Assembly (NCBI GenBank): GCA_964016885.1
Contig: OZ024742.1
Span: 14,446,001-14,510,000, forward strand
DNA length: 64,000 bases
Reading direction: 5' to 3'
From: Eledone cirrhosa
Taxonomy: Eukaryota
Shown: positions 1 to 14,622 of the stretch, one piece after another
How positions within the stretch are numbered: the first letter of the stretch is position 1
How the letters are laid out: each line of letters starts with the position of its first letter
The notes under the pieces: generated by a model
The model's input: the letters and a program-made list of their open reading frames with translations, nothing else
Database searches by the model: none
Told to the model about the DNA's origin: nothing
Program-made: the position numbers and the translations under genes

Positions 1-605
1 ACAGGGTGAACTAGGTGCCTTTTGTCATGTCACCATCACAACCACCTTACAGGGTGAACTGGGTGCCTTTTGTCATGTCACCATCGCGACCACCTTACTA
101 TATGGCACTTCACTAGATAAATAGTTGTTTTACACCATCTGATATATTTTATGTCCATTTTGTTATCTCTGAAATTTTGGGATATTTCTTTTCCAAATCT
201 ATTTTTCATTTACTCTGTATTTCTACAAGTTTTTCCTCATCTTAGAAATTATATAAGATTCTGATTTGGTAATAGCAACTCTGAATTGGAATAATTTTAG
301 AATGTAGTAAATAAACACATCAGACATAGCATGTGACAGACTGGGTTGTTATAAATACCATCTTAAAAAACAAAATTATTAACTTCAGTAAATCCCTCCA
401 AATTTTCCAATAACTAATTCAATGCTTTCATTAGAAATCTGGTAATGAAAGGGTTAAATATAATCTAAACTTTACATTTGACTAATATTTAACTATACTT
501 ACCTGTAATCAGAGTAGTTTTCAGACAACCACTCACACACAACCCCCTCCATAACAGGTATATTAAAGAACCGTTTGTTAATTTGTGTTAAAAACACAAG
601 TTTAA

Positions 606-809
606 CCCTTTAGCATTTAAACCGGCCAAACACGGCCAAAATTCTCTCACTTTTTCTGTTCAAACCAGCCATAACTGGCTGCTCATGTCGATGTTAAGGT
701 ATTCTTCTCAAAGTAAATACTATCAAAATTTCATAGATTCGATATTATGTGGGGTAAAGCCTTTACCGTGAAAATATAATAGTATATATAGTAATGTAAA
801 TGTTAAGGG
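606..809. mobile_element. piggyBac-like MITE (TTAA TSD)
   Basis: TTAA|CCCTTTAGCATTTA ... TAAATGTTAAGGG|TTAA. Homologous to 10737-10968. Confidence 0.75.
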
Positions 810-1475
810 TTAAGATAATTGTTTCTACTTTAGGCACAAGGCCAGCAATTACCCAGTGCATTACTGGTACTTTATTTTATCGACCCCGTAAGGATGAAAG
901 GCAAAGTCAACCTCGGCGGGATTTGAACTCAAGATAATAAATTTAAAACATGCTACAGTTGGTATACAAAGTCAGTTGATATTCACAATTATTTAAAGAA
1001 TTATATAAAAAAAGACAGGGATGTATTTTAGTTAGAAATATAACTAAAAGGTTTGTCTGATTAAACCAGATCTGTTCTTTATCCACCAGATTACTAGACT
1101 TCCATAATAATGGTTTCTGATTTTGGCACACGACCAACAATTGGGGGAGGGAAAAGTCGATTAAAATTGAACCCCCGTATATTACTGGTATTTTATTTTA
1201 TCAACCCAGTAATGATAAAAAGCAAAGTTAACCTCAGCAGGATTTAAACTCTGAATATAAAAAGCTGTAACTATGCCTCAAAGCATGTTGTCCAACGTTC
1301 TACTGCCAATTGTTTGCTTGTGAATTGAGTCCCTCACATACAAAACTGAAACAACTGTTATATAAATACCACCCCACAAGAATCAAATACAAAGTCCATC
1401 TCAGTAAGATCTGAACATAAAAACATGAAGCAACAAAAGCTAAATGCTGTTAAGGTGATCAACTCTTCTGATCCC

Positions 1476-2178
1476 AAACCACCTGCATTTGAACCTCACT
1501 ATGTTTTAAAGTGTTCATATTTATCTAAAAACCACCTGCATTTGAACCTCACTTTATGATACAAAACTATTTTAAAGTGTTCATATTTATCTAAAAACCA
1601 CCTGCATTTGAACCTCACTTTATGATACAAAACTGTTTTAAAGTGTTCATATTTATCTAAAAACCACATGCATTTGAACCTCACTTTATGATACAAAACT
1701 GTTTTAAAGTGTTCATATTTATCTAAAAACCACATGCATTTGAACCTCACTCTATGATACAAAACTGTTTTAAAGTGTTCATATTTATCTAAAAACCACA
1801 TGCATTTGAACCTCACTTTATGATACAAAACTGTTTTAAAGTGTTCATATTTATCTAAAAACCACATGCATTTGAACCTCACTTTATGATACAAAACTGT
1901 TTTAAAGTGTTCATATTTATCTAAAAACCACATGCATTTGAACCTCACTCTATGATACAAAACTATGTTTTAAAGGTTCATATTTATCTAAACACCACAT
2001 GCGTTTGACCCTCTATGATACAAAACTGTTTTAAAGTGTTTATATTTATCTAAAAACCACATGCATTTGAACCTCACTCTGATACAAAGCTGTTTATATT
2101 TATCTAAAAACCACATACATTTGAACCTCACTCTATGATACAAAACTGTTTTAAAGTGTTCATATTTATCTAAAAACC
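1476..2178. repeat. 66-bp minisatellite (~10 units)
   Basis: Unit aaaccacatgcatttgaacctcactttatgatacaaaactgttttaaagtgttcatatttatctaa, giving 22-aa periodicity in ORF 1499-1960. Confidence 0.97.
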
Positions 2179-3847
2179 TTCCATCATATTTTTCTGTAGA
2201 AAAAAAACCTTTGTTGAGTTATGTTCCAAATACCAGCTCAATAACAAAAAAGTTAGTTATATTATCAAATGTCTCAAAAATTCTTGATTATTTTCAAATC
2301 TATTTGAACGGCAGGGTATTTCATTAGTAATATTGTAACAGAAGGGTTAATTTACACTATCAACACAATACAATATTTCTGAGTAGTGATGTTAGTGGAA
2401 AGATTGAGAATTTGTGACATTCATGCCTTTACTAAACTTGAAACTGATTCATAAGGAAGCTTTCTCATTGTTCAATAGAGACACAATCTTTCAGTCAACA
2501 TTAAGATGGTCACTACCTATGACCTCCATCACTTTCAACTGTCTGCTCAACAAAGTTAAATGGCTGAGCATTCCAGACACATGTACTCTAATGTCAATTC
2601 TCAGGGAGATTCAGAATGATGCAGTGTGTGTGTGCGACAAAGTTGACCCTTTTTAATTACATACAGGTACAGTCTATTTGACGGGCTTCCAAACAGTTTG
2701 TCTACCCAATTTCCTTCACAAAGAATGTGGCAACCTGAGGCTCTTGTTTAAGATGACACACTATATGATTGAACCAAATGATGGTCAAGCAAACATCTTA
2801 AACATTTGGCCATGCTGTGTACAAACCTATCACCATGTTGACCAGACAATAATTGCTATAAAAACAACCCTAAACCACTGATAACAGCAACAATACAACC
2901 ATTGGTAGATGGTAGTGCTGGTGTCATGATAGAGTACACCCAGTACACTCTGTAATGTGGTAGTGCTGGTGTCATGATAGAGTACACCCAGTACACTCTA
3001 AAGTGGTACCAGCACTACCACATTACAGAGTGTACTGGGTGTACTTTATCATGACACCAGCACTACCACATTAGATTTGGCAGTCATCAACATGTGTATA
3101 TATACACACACATAAAGGAAGGTAAAAACCAGGCTGACACCTAGCAGTTTCAGCTTGTATTCCGCAAACCTTTTCAACAGTGTACTTGTCAAATACAAGC
3201 CAAAACTGCCAGGTTTTAACTTTCCTCTATATCCACTGTTTTTTCCCATCCATAGAGTACTACACTGCAGACTTAGGCATAACTTGTCTCTACCTGTTTT
3301 GTTTTGTCTCAATATACAACCTTAATAAGCCAAAACTATAGTAATTTCCAGAAGTTGACTGATGAGATGGGACTGTCTGTCTTTTTGTTGCTTTTGTCCT
3401 GTGTGCTCTGTATTTTGAATTTCTATTCTAAAGACTTAGTCATGCAGGCTTTTTTTTGAAACTGTGAAAACTGTTAAACAGTGATGACATCACAATAAAA
3501 CTAGAATTTCAAGTCTACCAAACAGCAAACATAATAAATGACAAAGAAATAAATGTAGCAAGCATTACTAGATTATGATCACTTCCAAATATATTATTGT
3601 TTCTACTTTTGGCACAAGGCCAGCAATTATCTCAGTGTATTACTGGTACTTTATTTTATCGACCCCATAAGGATGGAAGTCAAAGTTAACCTTGGCGGGA
3701 TTTGAACTCAGATCATAAAGGGCCATAACTCTTTGCTGCAAAGCATGGTGTCCGACTCTACCAATACTGCCAATAAAGCCAGTAGTAGTAGTGGCGGTGG
3801 TAGTAGTACCCTCCCTGGTCGACCTCCACTACTTTGTTTGGTTTTAA

Positions 3848-4026
3848 TCATGTCAAGGGTGCAGCCGTATTCACCCCGCTTGGTCTCAATTTTAGGTTGG
3901 GGAGGCTATTTACCCCATTGTAGGGGTGGATGGTCCTTGACTCTTGAGGAGCTGAGCCACCCATTTTAACAGCTCTTGTTTTTTGTGCTGCTGGGGTTCC
4001 TTTATCTTCCAATGAAGGACTAACAT
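3848..4026 (-). CDS. Candidate terminal coding exon (phase 1) of the minus-strand gene
   Basis: Acceptor aatatttcag|, then open (D)VSPSLEDKGTPAAQKTRAVKMGGSAPQESRTIHPYNG...APLT to TGA at 3850-3848. Non-repetitive and more GC-rich than the flanks. No homology recognised. Confidence 0.3.
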
Positions 4027-4407
4027 CTGAAATATTAAGACTCTTTTCCAACTATATCAAACAGTAAACTAATATACTAACATCGATTTTTCTAAATTCA
4101 TTGAGTGGATGAAATCTAAATATATAGCTCATTATACTTAATTATATACAAATATAAAGTGATTGATCTGTTGTCATTAGATGGTCAACTTTGGCATATT
4201 ATACAGAGACATCCTCTCCCTCTTTGGCTTGGAATGACACTGTAACAAAGGCAGTATTTAGTACTACAATTACAGTTCATATGATGGGTAGCTATCACAA
4301 TTCCATACACAAGGGGTTGACATAAGACACTTTCAAGGTGTTAAGTGATGAGGTTAAATATTACACCTTAACTATTTACTCTATTAATACACTCACAATT
4401 GTAACAA

Positions 4408-7400
4408 ATATACACATCCCTTAAAATAGGGTGTAGAACACACAGACATACATACACATCCCTTAAAATAGGGTGTAGAACACACAGACATACATACACA
4501 TCACTTAAAATAGGGTATAGAACACACAGACATACATACACATCCCTTAAAATAGGGTGTAGAACACACAGACATACATACACATCCCTTAAAATAGGGT
4601 GCAGAACACAGACATACATACACAGTCCTTAAAATAGGGTGTAGAACACACAGACATACATACACATCCCTTAAAATAGGGTGTAGAACACAGACATACA
4701 TACACATCCCTTAAAATAGGGTATAGAACACACAGACATACATACACATCCCTTAAAATAGGGTATAGAACACACAGACATACATACACATCCCTTAAAA
4801 TAGGGTGTAGAACACACAGACATACATACACATCCCTTAAAATAGGGTGTAGAACACACAGACATACATACACATCCCTTAAAATAGGGTGTAGAACACA
4901 CAGACATACATACACATCCCTTAAAATAGAGTGTAGAACACACAGACATACATACACATCCCTTAAAATAGGGTGTAGAACACAGACATACATACACATC
5001 CCTTAAAATAGGGTGTAGAACACACAGACATACATACACATCCCTTAAAATAGGGTGTAGAACATACAGACATACATACACATCCCTTAAAATAGGGTAT
5101 AGAACACACAGACATACATACACATCCCTTAAAATAGGGTGTAGAACACAGATATACATACACATCCCTTAAAATAGGGTGTAGAACACTCAGACATACA
5201 TACACATCCCTTAAAATAGGGTGTAGAACACACAGACATACATACACATCCCTTAAAATAGGGTGTAAAACACACAGACATACATACACATCCCTTAAAA
5301 TAGGGTGTAGAACACAGACATACATACACATCCCTTAAAATAGGGTGTAGAACACTCAGATATACATACACATCCCTTAAAATAGGGTGTAGAACACACA
5401 GATATACATACGCATCCCTTAAAATAGGGTGTAGAACACACAGACATACATACACATCCCTTAAAATAGGGTGTAGAACACAGACATACATACACATCCC
5501 TTAAAATAGTGTATAGAACACACAGACATACATACACATCCCTTAAAATAGGGTGTAGAACACACAGACATACATACACATCCCTTAAAATAGGGTGGAA
5601 AACACAGACATACATACACATCCCTTAAAATAGGGTATAGAACACACAGACATACATACACATCCCTTAAAATAGGGTGTAGAACACTCAGACATACATA
5701 CACATCCCTTAAAATAGGGTGGAAAACACAGACATACATACACATCCCTTAAAATAGGGTGGAAAACACAGACATACATACACATCCCTTAAAATAGGGT
5801 GTAGAACACACAGACATACATACACATCCCTTAAAATAGGGTGTAGAACACACAGACATACATACACATCCCTTAAAATAGGGTGTAGAACACACAGACA
5901 TACATACACATCCCTTAAAATAGGGTGTAGAACACACAGACATACATACACATCCCTTAAAATAGGGTGTAGAACACACAGACATACATACACAGTCCTT
6001 AAAATAGGGTGTAAAACACAGACATACATACACATCCCTTAAAATAGGGTGTAGAACACACAGACATACATACACATCCCTTAAAATAGGGTATAGAACA
6101 CACAGACATACATACACATCCCTTAAAATAGGGTGTAGAACACAGACATACATACACATCCCTTAAAATAGGGTGTAGAACACACAGACATACATACACA
6201 TCCCTTAAAATAGGGTATAGAACACACAGACATACATACACATCCCTTAAAATAGGGTATAGAACACACAGACATACATACACATCCCTTAAAATAGGGT
6301 GTAGAACACAGACATACATACACATCCCTTAAAATAGAGTGTAGGACACAGACATACATACACATCCCTTAAAATAGGGTGTAGAACACACAGACATACA
6401 TACACATCCCTTAAAATAGGGTGGAAAACACAGACATACATACACATCCCTTAAAATAGGGTGTAAAACACACAGACATACATACACATCCCTTAAAATA
6501 GGGTGTAAAACACAGACATACATACACATCCCTTAAAATAGGGTGTAGAACACACAGACATACATACACATCCCTTAAAATAGAGTGTAGGACACAGACA
6601 TACATACACATCCCTTAAAATAGGGTGTAGAACACACAGACATACATACACATCCCTTAAAATAGGGTGGAAAACACAGACATACATACACATCCCTTAA
6701 AATAGGGTGTGAAACACACAGACATACATACACATCCCTTAAAATAGGGTGTAGAACACACAGACATACATACACATCACTTAAAATAGGGTGTAAAACA
6801 CACAGACATACATACACATCCCTTAAAATAGGGTGTAGAACACACAGACATACATACACATCCCTTAAAATAGGGTGTAGAACACACAGACATACATACA
6901 CATCCCTTAAAATAGAGTGTAGAACACACAGACATACATACACATCCCTTAAAATAGGGTGTAGAACACAGACATACCTACACATCCCTTAAAATAGGGT
7001 GTAGAACACACAGACATACATACACATCCCTTAAAATAGGGTGGAAAACACAGACATACATACACATCCCTTAAAATAGGGTGTAGAACACACAGACATA
7101 CATACACATCCCTTAAAATAGGGTGTAAAACACACAGACATACATACACATCCCTTAAAATAGGGTGGAAAACACAGACATACATACACATCCCTTAAAA
7201 TAGGGTGTAAAACACACAGACATACATACACATCCCTTAAAATAGGGTGTAGAATACACAGACATACATACACATCCCTTAAAATAGGGTGTAGAACACA
7301 GACATACATACACATCCCTTAAAATAGGGTGTAGAACACACAGACATACATACACATCCCTTAAAATAGGGTGGAAAACACAGACATACATACACAGTCC

Positions 7401-9925
7401 TTAAAATAGGGTGTAGAACACACAGACATACATACACATCCCTTAAAATAGAGTATAGAACACAGACATACATACACATCCCTTAAAATAGGGTGGAAAA
7501 CACAGACATACATACACATCCCTTAAAATAGGGTGTAAAACACACAGATATACATACACATCCCTTAAAATAGGGTGTAGAACACACAGACATACATACA
7601 CATCCCTTAAAATAGAGTGTAGGACACAGACATACATACACATCCCTTAAAATAGGGTGGAAAAGACAGACATACATACACATCCCTTAAAATAGGGTGT
7701 AGAACACACAGACATACATACACATCCCTTAAAATAGGGTGGAAAACACAGACATACATACACATCCCTTAAAATAGGGTGTAGAACACACAGACATACA
7801 TACACATCCCTTAAAATAGGGTGTAAAACACACAGACATACATACACATCCCTTAAAATAGGGTGGAAAACACAGACATACATACACATCCCTTAAAATA
7901 GGGTGTAAAACACACAGACATACATACACATCCCTTAAAATAGGGTGTAGAATACACAGACATACATACACATCCCTTAAAATAGGGTGTAGAACACAGA
8001 CATACATACACATCCCTTAAAATAGGGTGTAGAACACACAGACATACATACACATCCCTTAAAATAGGGTGGAAAACACAGACATACATACACAGTCCTT
8101 AAAATAGGGTGTAGAACACACAGACATACATACACATCCCTTAAAATAGAGTATAGAACACAGACATACATACACATCCCTTAAAATAGGGTGGAAAACA
8201 CAGACATACATACACATCCCTTAAAATAGGGTGTAAAACACACAGATATACATACACATCCCTTAAAATAGGGTGTAGAACACACAGACATACATACACA
8301 TCCCTTAAAATAGAGTGTAGGACACAGACATACATACACATCCCTTAAAATAGGGTGGAAAAGACAGACATACATACACATCCCTTAAAATAGGGTGTAG
8401 AACACACAGACATACATACACATCCCTTAAAATAGGGTGTAGAACACACAGACATACATACACATCCCTTAAAATAGGGTGGAAAAGACAGACATACATA
8501 CACATCCCTTAAAATAGGGTGTAGAACACACAGACATACATACACATCCCTTAAAATAGGGTGTAAAACACACAGACATACATACACATCCCTTAAAATA
8601 GGGTGGAAAAGACAGACATACATACACATCCCTTAAAATAGGGTGTAGAACACACAGACATACATAGTCCTTAAAATAGGGTGTAGAACACACAGACATA
8701 CATACACATCCCTTAAAATAGGGTGTAGAACACACAGACATACATACACATCCCTTAAAATAGGGTGGAAAAGACAGACATACATACACATCCCTTAAAA
8801 TAGGGTGTAGAACACACAGACATACATACACATCCCTTAAAATAGGGTGTAGAACACACAGACATACATACACATCCCTTAAAATAGGGTGGAAAAGACA
8901 GACATACATACACATCCCTTAAAATAGGGTGTAGAACACACAGACATACATACACATCCCTTAAAATAGGGTGTAAAACACACAGACATACATACACATC
9001 CCTTAAAATAGGGTGGAAAAGACAGACATACATACACATCCCTTAAAATAGGGTGTAGAACACACAGACATACATACATATCCCTTAAAATAGGGTGTAA
9101 AACACACAGACAAACATACACATCTCTTAAAATAGGGTGGAAAAGACAGACATACATACACATCCCTTAAAATAGGGTGTAGAACACACAGACATACATA
9201 CACAGTCCTTAAAATAGGGTGTAGAACACAGACATACATACACACTCATCCCTTAAAATAGGGTGTAGAACACACAGACATACATACACATCCCTTAAAA
9301 TAGGGTGTAGAACACACAGACATACATACACATCCCTTAAAATAGGGCGTAGAACACACAGACATACATACACAGTCCTTAAAATAGGGTGTAAAACACA
9401 GACATACATACACATCCCTTAAAATAGGGTGTAGAACACACAGACATACATACACATCCCTTAAAATAGGGTATAGAACACAGACATACATACACATCCC
9501 TTAAAATAGGGTGTAGAACACACAGACATACATACACATCCCTTAAAATAGGGTGTAGAACACACAGACATACATACACATCCCTTAAAATAGGGTATAG
9601 AACACACAGACATACATACACATCCCTTAAAATAGGGTATAGAACACACAGACATACATACACATCCCTTAAAATAGGGTGTAGAACACACAGACATACA
9701 TACACATCCCTTAAAATAGGGTGGAAAACACAGACATACATACACATCCCTTAAAATAGGGTGTAGAACACAGACATACATACACATCCCTTAAAATAGG
9801 GTGTAAAACACACAGACATACATACACATCCCTTAAAATAGGGTGTAGAACACAGACATACATACACATCCCTTAAAATAGGGTGTAGAACACAGACATA
9901 CATACAGTCCTTAAAATACTGTGCA
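4408..9925. repeat. 42/40-bp minisatellite, ~5.5 kb
   Basis: Unit acacatcccttaaaatagggtgtagaacacacagacatacat, with variants lacking one CA. Confidence 0.99.
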
Positions 9926-10287
9926 GAACACACAGACATACACACAATCCATAACAGAATACTGTGTACCCCCACCCCACACACAATCCCTAACAAAATA
10001 CTGTGTACCACAACCCTTAAAATGCTGTGCAGAAAATAAAAGCTTCTCTAACGATTTTTACTTTCAATTCATTAAAATAATTAACAATCTAACTCTAATT
10101 AAACATTTGCGTTAATAACAAGCAAAAAAAAAAAATCAAAGGCAAGCTGCTAAAAGCATATTATAGTGATGTGGATGGGGTGGGAGTGGAGATTGGAATT
10201 TAAATAAAATATTTAACAAAAATACATTTTAAAAAGCTAATTCTAAGAGGGCAAGGCAAGGTATATTTTGAGTGAAACTGGAGTCAC

Positions 10288-10341
10288 CTAGGGGCATGGA
10301 GGAATCAGGGTCTTCAGAACTGTGGAGTTCCGGTTCAATGT
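10288..10341 (-). CDS. Candidate 54-nt downstream exon (phase 1/1) of the minus-strand gene
   Basis: Strong polypyrimidine acceptor cccctttttctatttctag| and weak donor G|GTGACT. Phase fits the exon ending at 44736. Translates (D)IEPELHSSEDPDSSMPL. No homology recognised. Confidence 0.4.
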   Translation of the reverse strand, partial: TLNRNSTVLKTLIPPCP

Positions 10342-10736
10342 CTAGAAATAGAAAAAGGGGATTCATTAATTCATAGATTTCATGGATATAAAAAAAAGAG
10401 AGAAAAAAAATGACAAAAAAAAAAAGGAGGTTAGAGATTATAAATTCCAGATCATTATAACAGTTTCTTACATAGGCACAAAGCCAGCAATTTTATCAGT
10501 TAAATAGACCCCAGTACGTGACTGGTACTTTGTTTTATGGACTCTGGAAGGATGAAAAGCAAAGTTGACCTGTGCAAGATTTGAACTCAGAACAAATACT
10601 GTTGTGTATTTTCCTTAATTAGTAATTAATTTATGTATTAACCAATTAAGTCATCTAATAACTGACCTTTCACATGAAATATTTCATTAACTTACTAAAT
10701 TTGGGTGACAACATGTCATATCTTTACCTCATTTAA

Positions 10737-10968
10737 CCCTTTAGCAATTAAACCGGCTGTATCTGGCCAGAATTCTCTCACCTCTTTCTGTTCAAACTGG
10801 CTATAACTAGCCACTCATACTGATGTTAAGGTATTGTTTGCAAAATAAATAATATCAGATTCTCATAGATTCAACATTATGATAATGATGATTATGTGAG
10901 ATATTATCTGTGAAGCCTTTACCATGAAAATACAATAGTATATATAGAGTGATGTAAATGCAAAAGGG
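10737..10968. mobile_element. piggyBac-like MITE inserted at TTAA inside a ~75-bp tandem repeat
   Basis: TTAA|CCCTTTAGCAATTA ... TAAATGCAAAAGGG|TTAA. The flanking repeat unit (taactgacctttca...tttacctcatttaa) continues on both sides. Confidence 0.8.
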
Positions 10969-11954
10969 TTAATAACTGACCTTTCAAACGGAATAGTTCA
11001 TTAACTTACTAAATTTGGGTGACAAGACATATCTTTACCTCATTTAATAACTGACCTTTCACATGGAATATTTCATTAAATTTGGTAGTAAAATACCACA
11101 TGATGTCATATTTACCTAAAGAAATAAATTTATTCCACATGTCACCACTATAAATGTAAACTAAAGAGACAGTCAACCTCATGGTCCTGACCGGATAGGG
11201 TAGAAAAGACATTGGCCCAGAAGATGGCGAGGGAGACACCATTCTTATAGAAGTCAGTCTATTCCACATGCCACCACCATAAATGAAACTTAAGGGACAG
11301 TTTACTTCAAGGTCCCAGCCAGCCATCAGGGTAGAAAAGACTGTATTTGTCTGTCACTCTACCGATTCTGTCAATTTGTCACACTTCAGCATTATAATAA
11401 AATTGGTTTAGTTGAGGTTTTGAATTGATAAGAGTGTCAAGAGGAGGATTGTGAGGGTTTTAAAACTGATTGGTTCTCATCTTAACCATGTCATACATGG
11501 TGTTGATATGAGAATTGTATGTATGGTCCCATAACTCCTGAGTTGTAAAGGTACAGTATTGATATACAGTGTTTCTTGGCCATTTTAGGCCTGGTGGAGC
11601 CCATTCCTTTCCAGGTCTGAGTACAGCAGATTTCTTCCAGAGAAGGATAGAGAGAGAGTGAGAGAATGGAAGTAAGACAGAGATATAGAGGAAGAGTGTT
11701 ATCGGTCATTCAGAGGGTAGAGTGACCATACCCACCTTTCACTAAATAAATGAAAACAAAAACATGCTTCCATCTAATCTTCTGAATATTCTCTAAATGG
11801 GACAAACCCGTCTAACCCATGCTAGAGTGGAGGATGGACATTAAACGATGATGATGATGATAGATATGTATTGGTAGAGATTTGTGTGTGTATGTATATA
11901 TGTGTATGTATATCATTATCATTTAATGTTCATTTTCCACACTAGCAAGGGGTA

Positions 11955-12075
11955 TATATGTATGTTATGTAGGCATATATATATGTTATGTAGGCATATA
12001 TATATGTTATGTAGGCATATATATATGTTATGTAGGCATATATATATGTTATGTAGGCATATATATATGTTATGT
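11955..12075. repeat. 21-bp tandem repeat
   Basis: (atatatatgttatgtaggcat)n. Confidence 0.9.
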
Positions 12076-13074
12076 ATATATATATATATGTATGTTATGT
12101 ATGATTATTATTTACCTTAACTTTGATGTAAACAAGTCTACATCAAAGCAATGCTATCACAAACTCAAACCTATAAAGCTACAGTCAACCTCACCCCTCA
12201 TATATATCACACACAAGACATACAGGAGAAACAAACTACATCGTACAATATTGTACCAAAATACTCTCAGTATAACAACCTATAGCAATAAAACTGATGT
12301 GAGGGCAATGGCCACCATCTGTTGGATTATGTGTTATTGATTATGTATTATTGATTTTACACATCATTGAGTGCATTGTGACTGCCTCATATACACACGG
12401 CAAATTTCCTCTTACAACGCACAGATAGTGTACAAGTCAATGACCCTTTTATTATCTAACAACATTTTTATTTACAAACATGTTTTAAGTGCAGCCACTA
12501 GTGCACAGCAAAATATTGTTTGTGAGAGAAACTGCATTATATTTCTCTTGATACACAATATCAGTTTTTAAAAATTTATTACAACGCATAAAAACATATG
12601 TTATCTCTATATTTTGTGATTTATGAAATAATCTATTATTAGTCATCTACAAATTCGTGCGTGCATACGTGTGAATTAGGTTTGGTTTTTATAGCAAAGA
12701 AAAAGATCATGAAGTTATATTACTTTCCAGTTAAGTCTTAACATCCTGTAATGATTTAGTAGAAAATCTCTAAAAACTGGCTTGTTAATCATCTCCAAAC
12801 TACACACACTATTGGGATTTACAGTATTAAGTCCATAAAGTTTTTAATTTTTTTTATGTGATGCAATCATAGTGTTTGTAATTTTCAAGGGTGCCTTGCT
12901 AATGTGGTTTCATATGGTACAGGATGTTAAGAGTTAAAGAAATTTTACTTTAACTACTAATGTGTAACATCACCACCCTTCAACCCACCAACATTCCCCA
13001 ATCAAAAGGAGACTGATATTTTGTAACAAATGAATCTCCCAGGAGATTATAAACAATATCATATAGATTTCAAT

Positions 13075-13590
13075 ATATGCCGTGACAAAAAGGACCCAGT
13101 CCACCCTGTAAAGTGATCGTTTAGGTGCCATGACAAAATCACCCAATCCACACTGTAAGGTTTTGGTGACATGACAAAACATACCCAGTTCAACATGTAA
13201 GGTGGTTGTGATGGTGACATGATAAAAAGCACCTAGTCCACACTGTAAGATGGTTGTGTTAATGACATGACAAAAAGCACCCAGCCTATCTTGTAAGGTG
13301 GTTGTGTTGGTGACACAACAAAAAGCAACCAGCCTACCTTGTAAGGTGGTTGTTAAGGTGATTGTGTTGGTGACACAACAAAAAGCAACCAGCCCACCTT
13401 GTAAGGTGGTTGTTAAGGTGATTGTGTTGGTGACACAACAAAAAACACCTAGTTCACCCTGTAAGGTGGTCGTGTTGTTAACAACAAAAAGCACCCAGTC
13501 CACAACAGGTAGTAATTTATGTGCTATGATAAAAAGGAACCAGCCTACACTGTAATGTTGGTTGGTGTTAGGAAGGACATCCAGCCATAG
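13075..13590 (+). repeat. Degenerate ~42-60-bp tandem array related to the RTE 3'UTR repeat
   Basis: Units aaaaagcacccagtccacactgtaaggtggttgtg...gtgaca lead into ggttggtgttaggaagg, as in the RTE 3'UTR. Confidence 0.8.
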
Positions 13591-14622
13591 AAACCAAACC
13601 AAAATACAGATCCATATGAACATGATGTGGTCTCCAAAGCTGACTTATCCTATAACATGACATGTCTAACCAGTCTAAAAGCATGGAAAATGGACATTTA
13701 ACAATAATGAAGATGACAATCTATCATTTCTTAACACTTAAAACCCAAATAAGTGGAAAGAATTATAACACACTCGACTAAGTGCTTCTCTATATTCATA
13801 GATAAATGTTGTCAGGGTTGTTTGTATACAGGATCAATAAGTCAGTGATTAATTGATCATACTTCTTAGTCTATGTTTAATCCTGTATTAATCAATGTAT
13901 CAAATCAAACATATAAACATTTCATTCTTTTATCCATAGAAGGAAAAAAAAGAAAAGAAAAAGAAATGAAGACATCCCCCATCCCTACTTTTCTTTGTTC
14001 TCACAGCTGTTGTGATATATTTGTCCTTTAAAATATTTACACCCGATTGGTGATAGTATATATCAGTGTGGTTTAGTTTCTATCAATGACACAGTGTTTC
14101 ATCCTAGAGTCTTTTATATATCATACTCTGGGGGTTAATTGAAGCCATGTAAGTATGAGGGCCAGATGAAAAGTTCACAGGCTGAGTATGAAGGTGTAAT
14201 GCTAAAGCTATGAAATCTCGCATTCATTAATTTCAACTCTTATTATTAATAACTTCAATGTTTCTTTCCAGGGACTATGTTGAAAAATAAACCTCAATTG
14301 GTCATTCCTTGAGATTATCTTGGTCAGCCTGTGAATTTATATACCCAGGGAGTGTAACGCACTCTTTCATTTCCCATCACACACAGCACCTCTGCCTCAC
14401 TGCGTACATGCCAAAATGTCTATGATAAGCCACACCACCACACCCCCACAACTCACATCAACCATCATCTCAGCACTATACTTATCCCCCATCCCCCTAT
14501 CACACATGCTATAACATTCCTCATAGCTAAACCACCAATCAAAACATAAACTGACCACCATGTGAATGTGAAACATTACAGACATTTCTATGCTTTATAT
14601 GTTCTGTCATTACCACAGCAAA

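Noticed and set aside
495-560. Strong minus-strand donor CAG|GTAAGT at ~502
   Set aside because: No suitable acceptor or recognisable peptide upstream.
1499-1960. 153-aa repeat ORF (likewise 62160-62474)
   Set aside because: Translations of 66-bp and 54-bp tandem repeats, with no support for coding.
4408-9925. CRISPR-like array with palindromic repeats
   Set aside because: Units are contiguous with no unique spacers, there are no cas genes, and the context is eukaryotic. The same applies to the other arrays.
4368-10011. Dozens of Cys/Val-rich ORFs
   Set aside because: They are translations of the 42/40-bp minisatellite, and the 2-nt indels shift frame constantly.
12970-13623. 217-aa Thr/Cys-rich ORF
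   Set aside because: Antisense translation of the RTE 3'UTR-derived tandem array.
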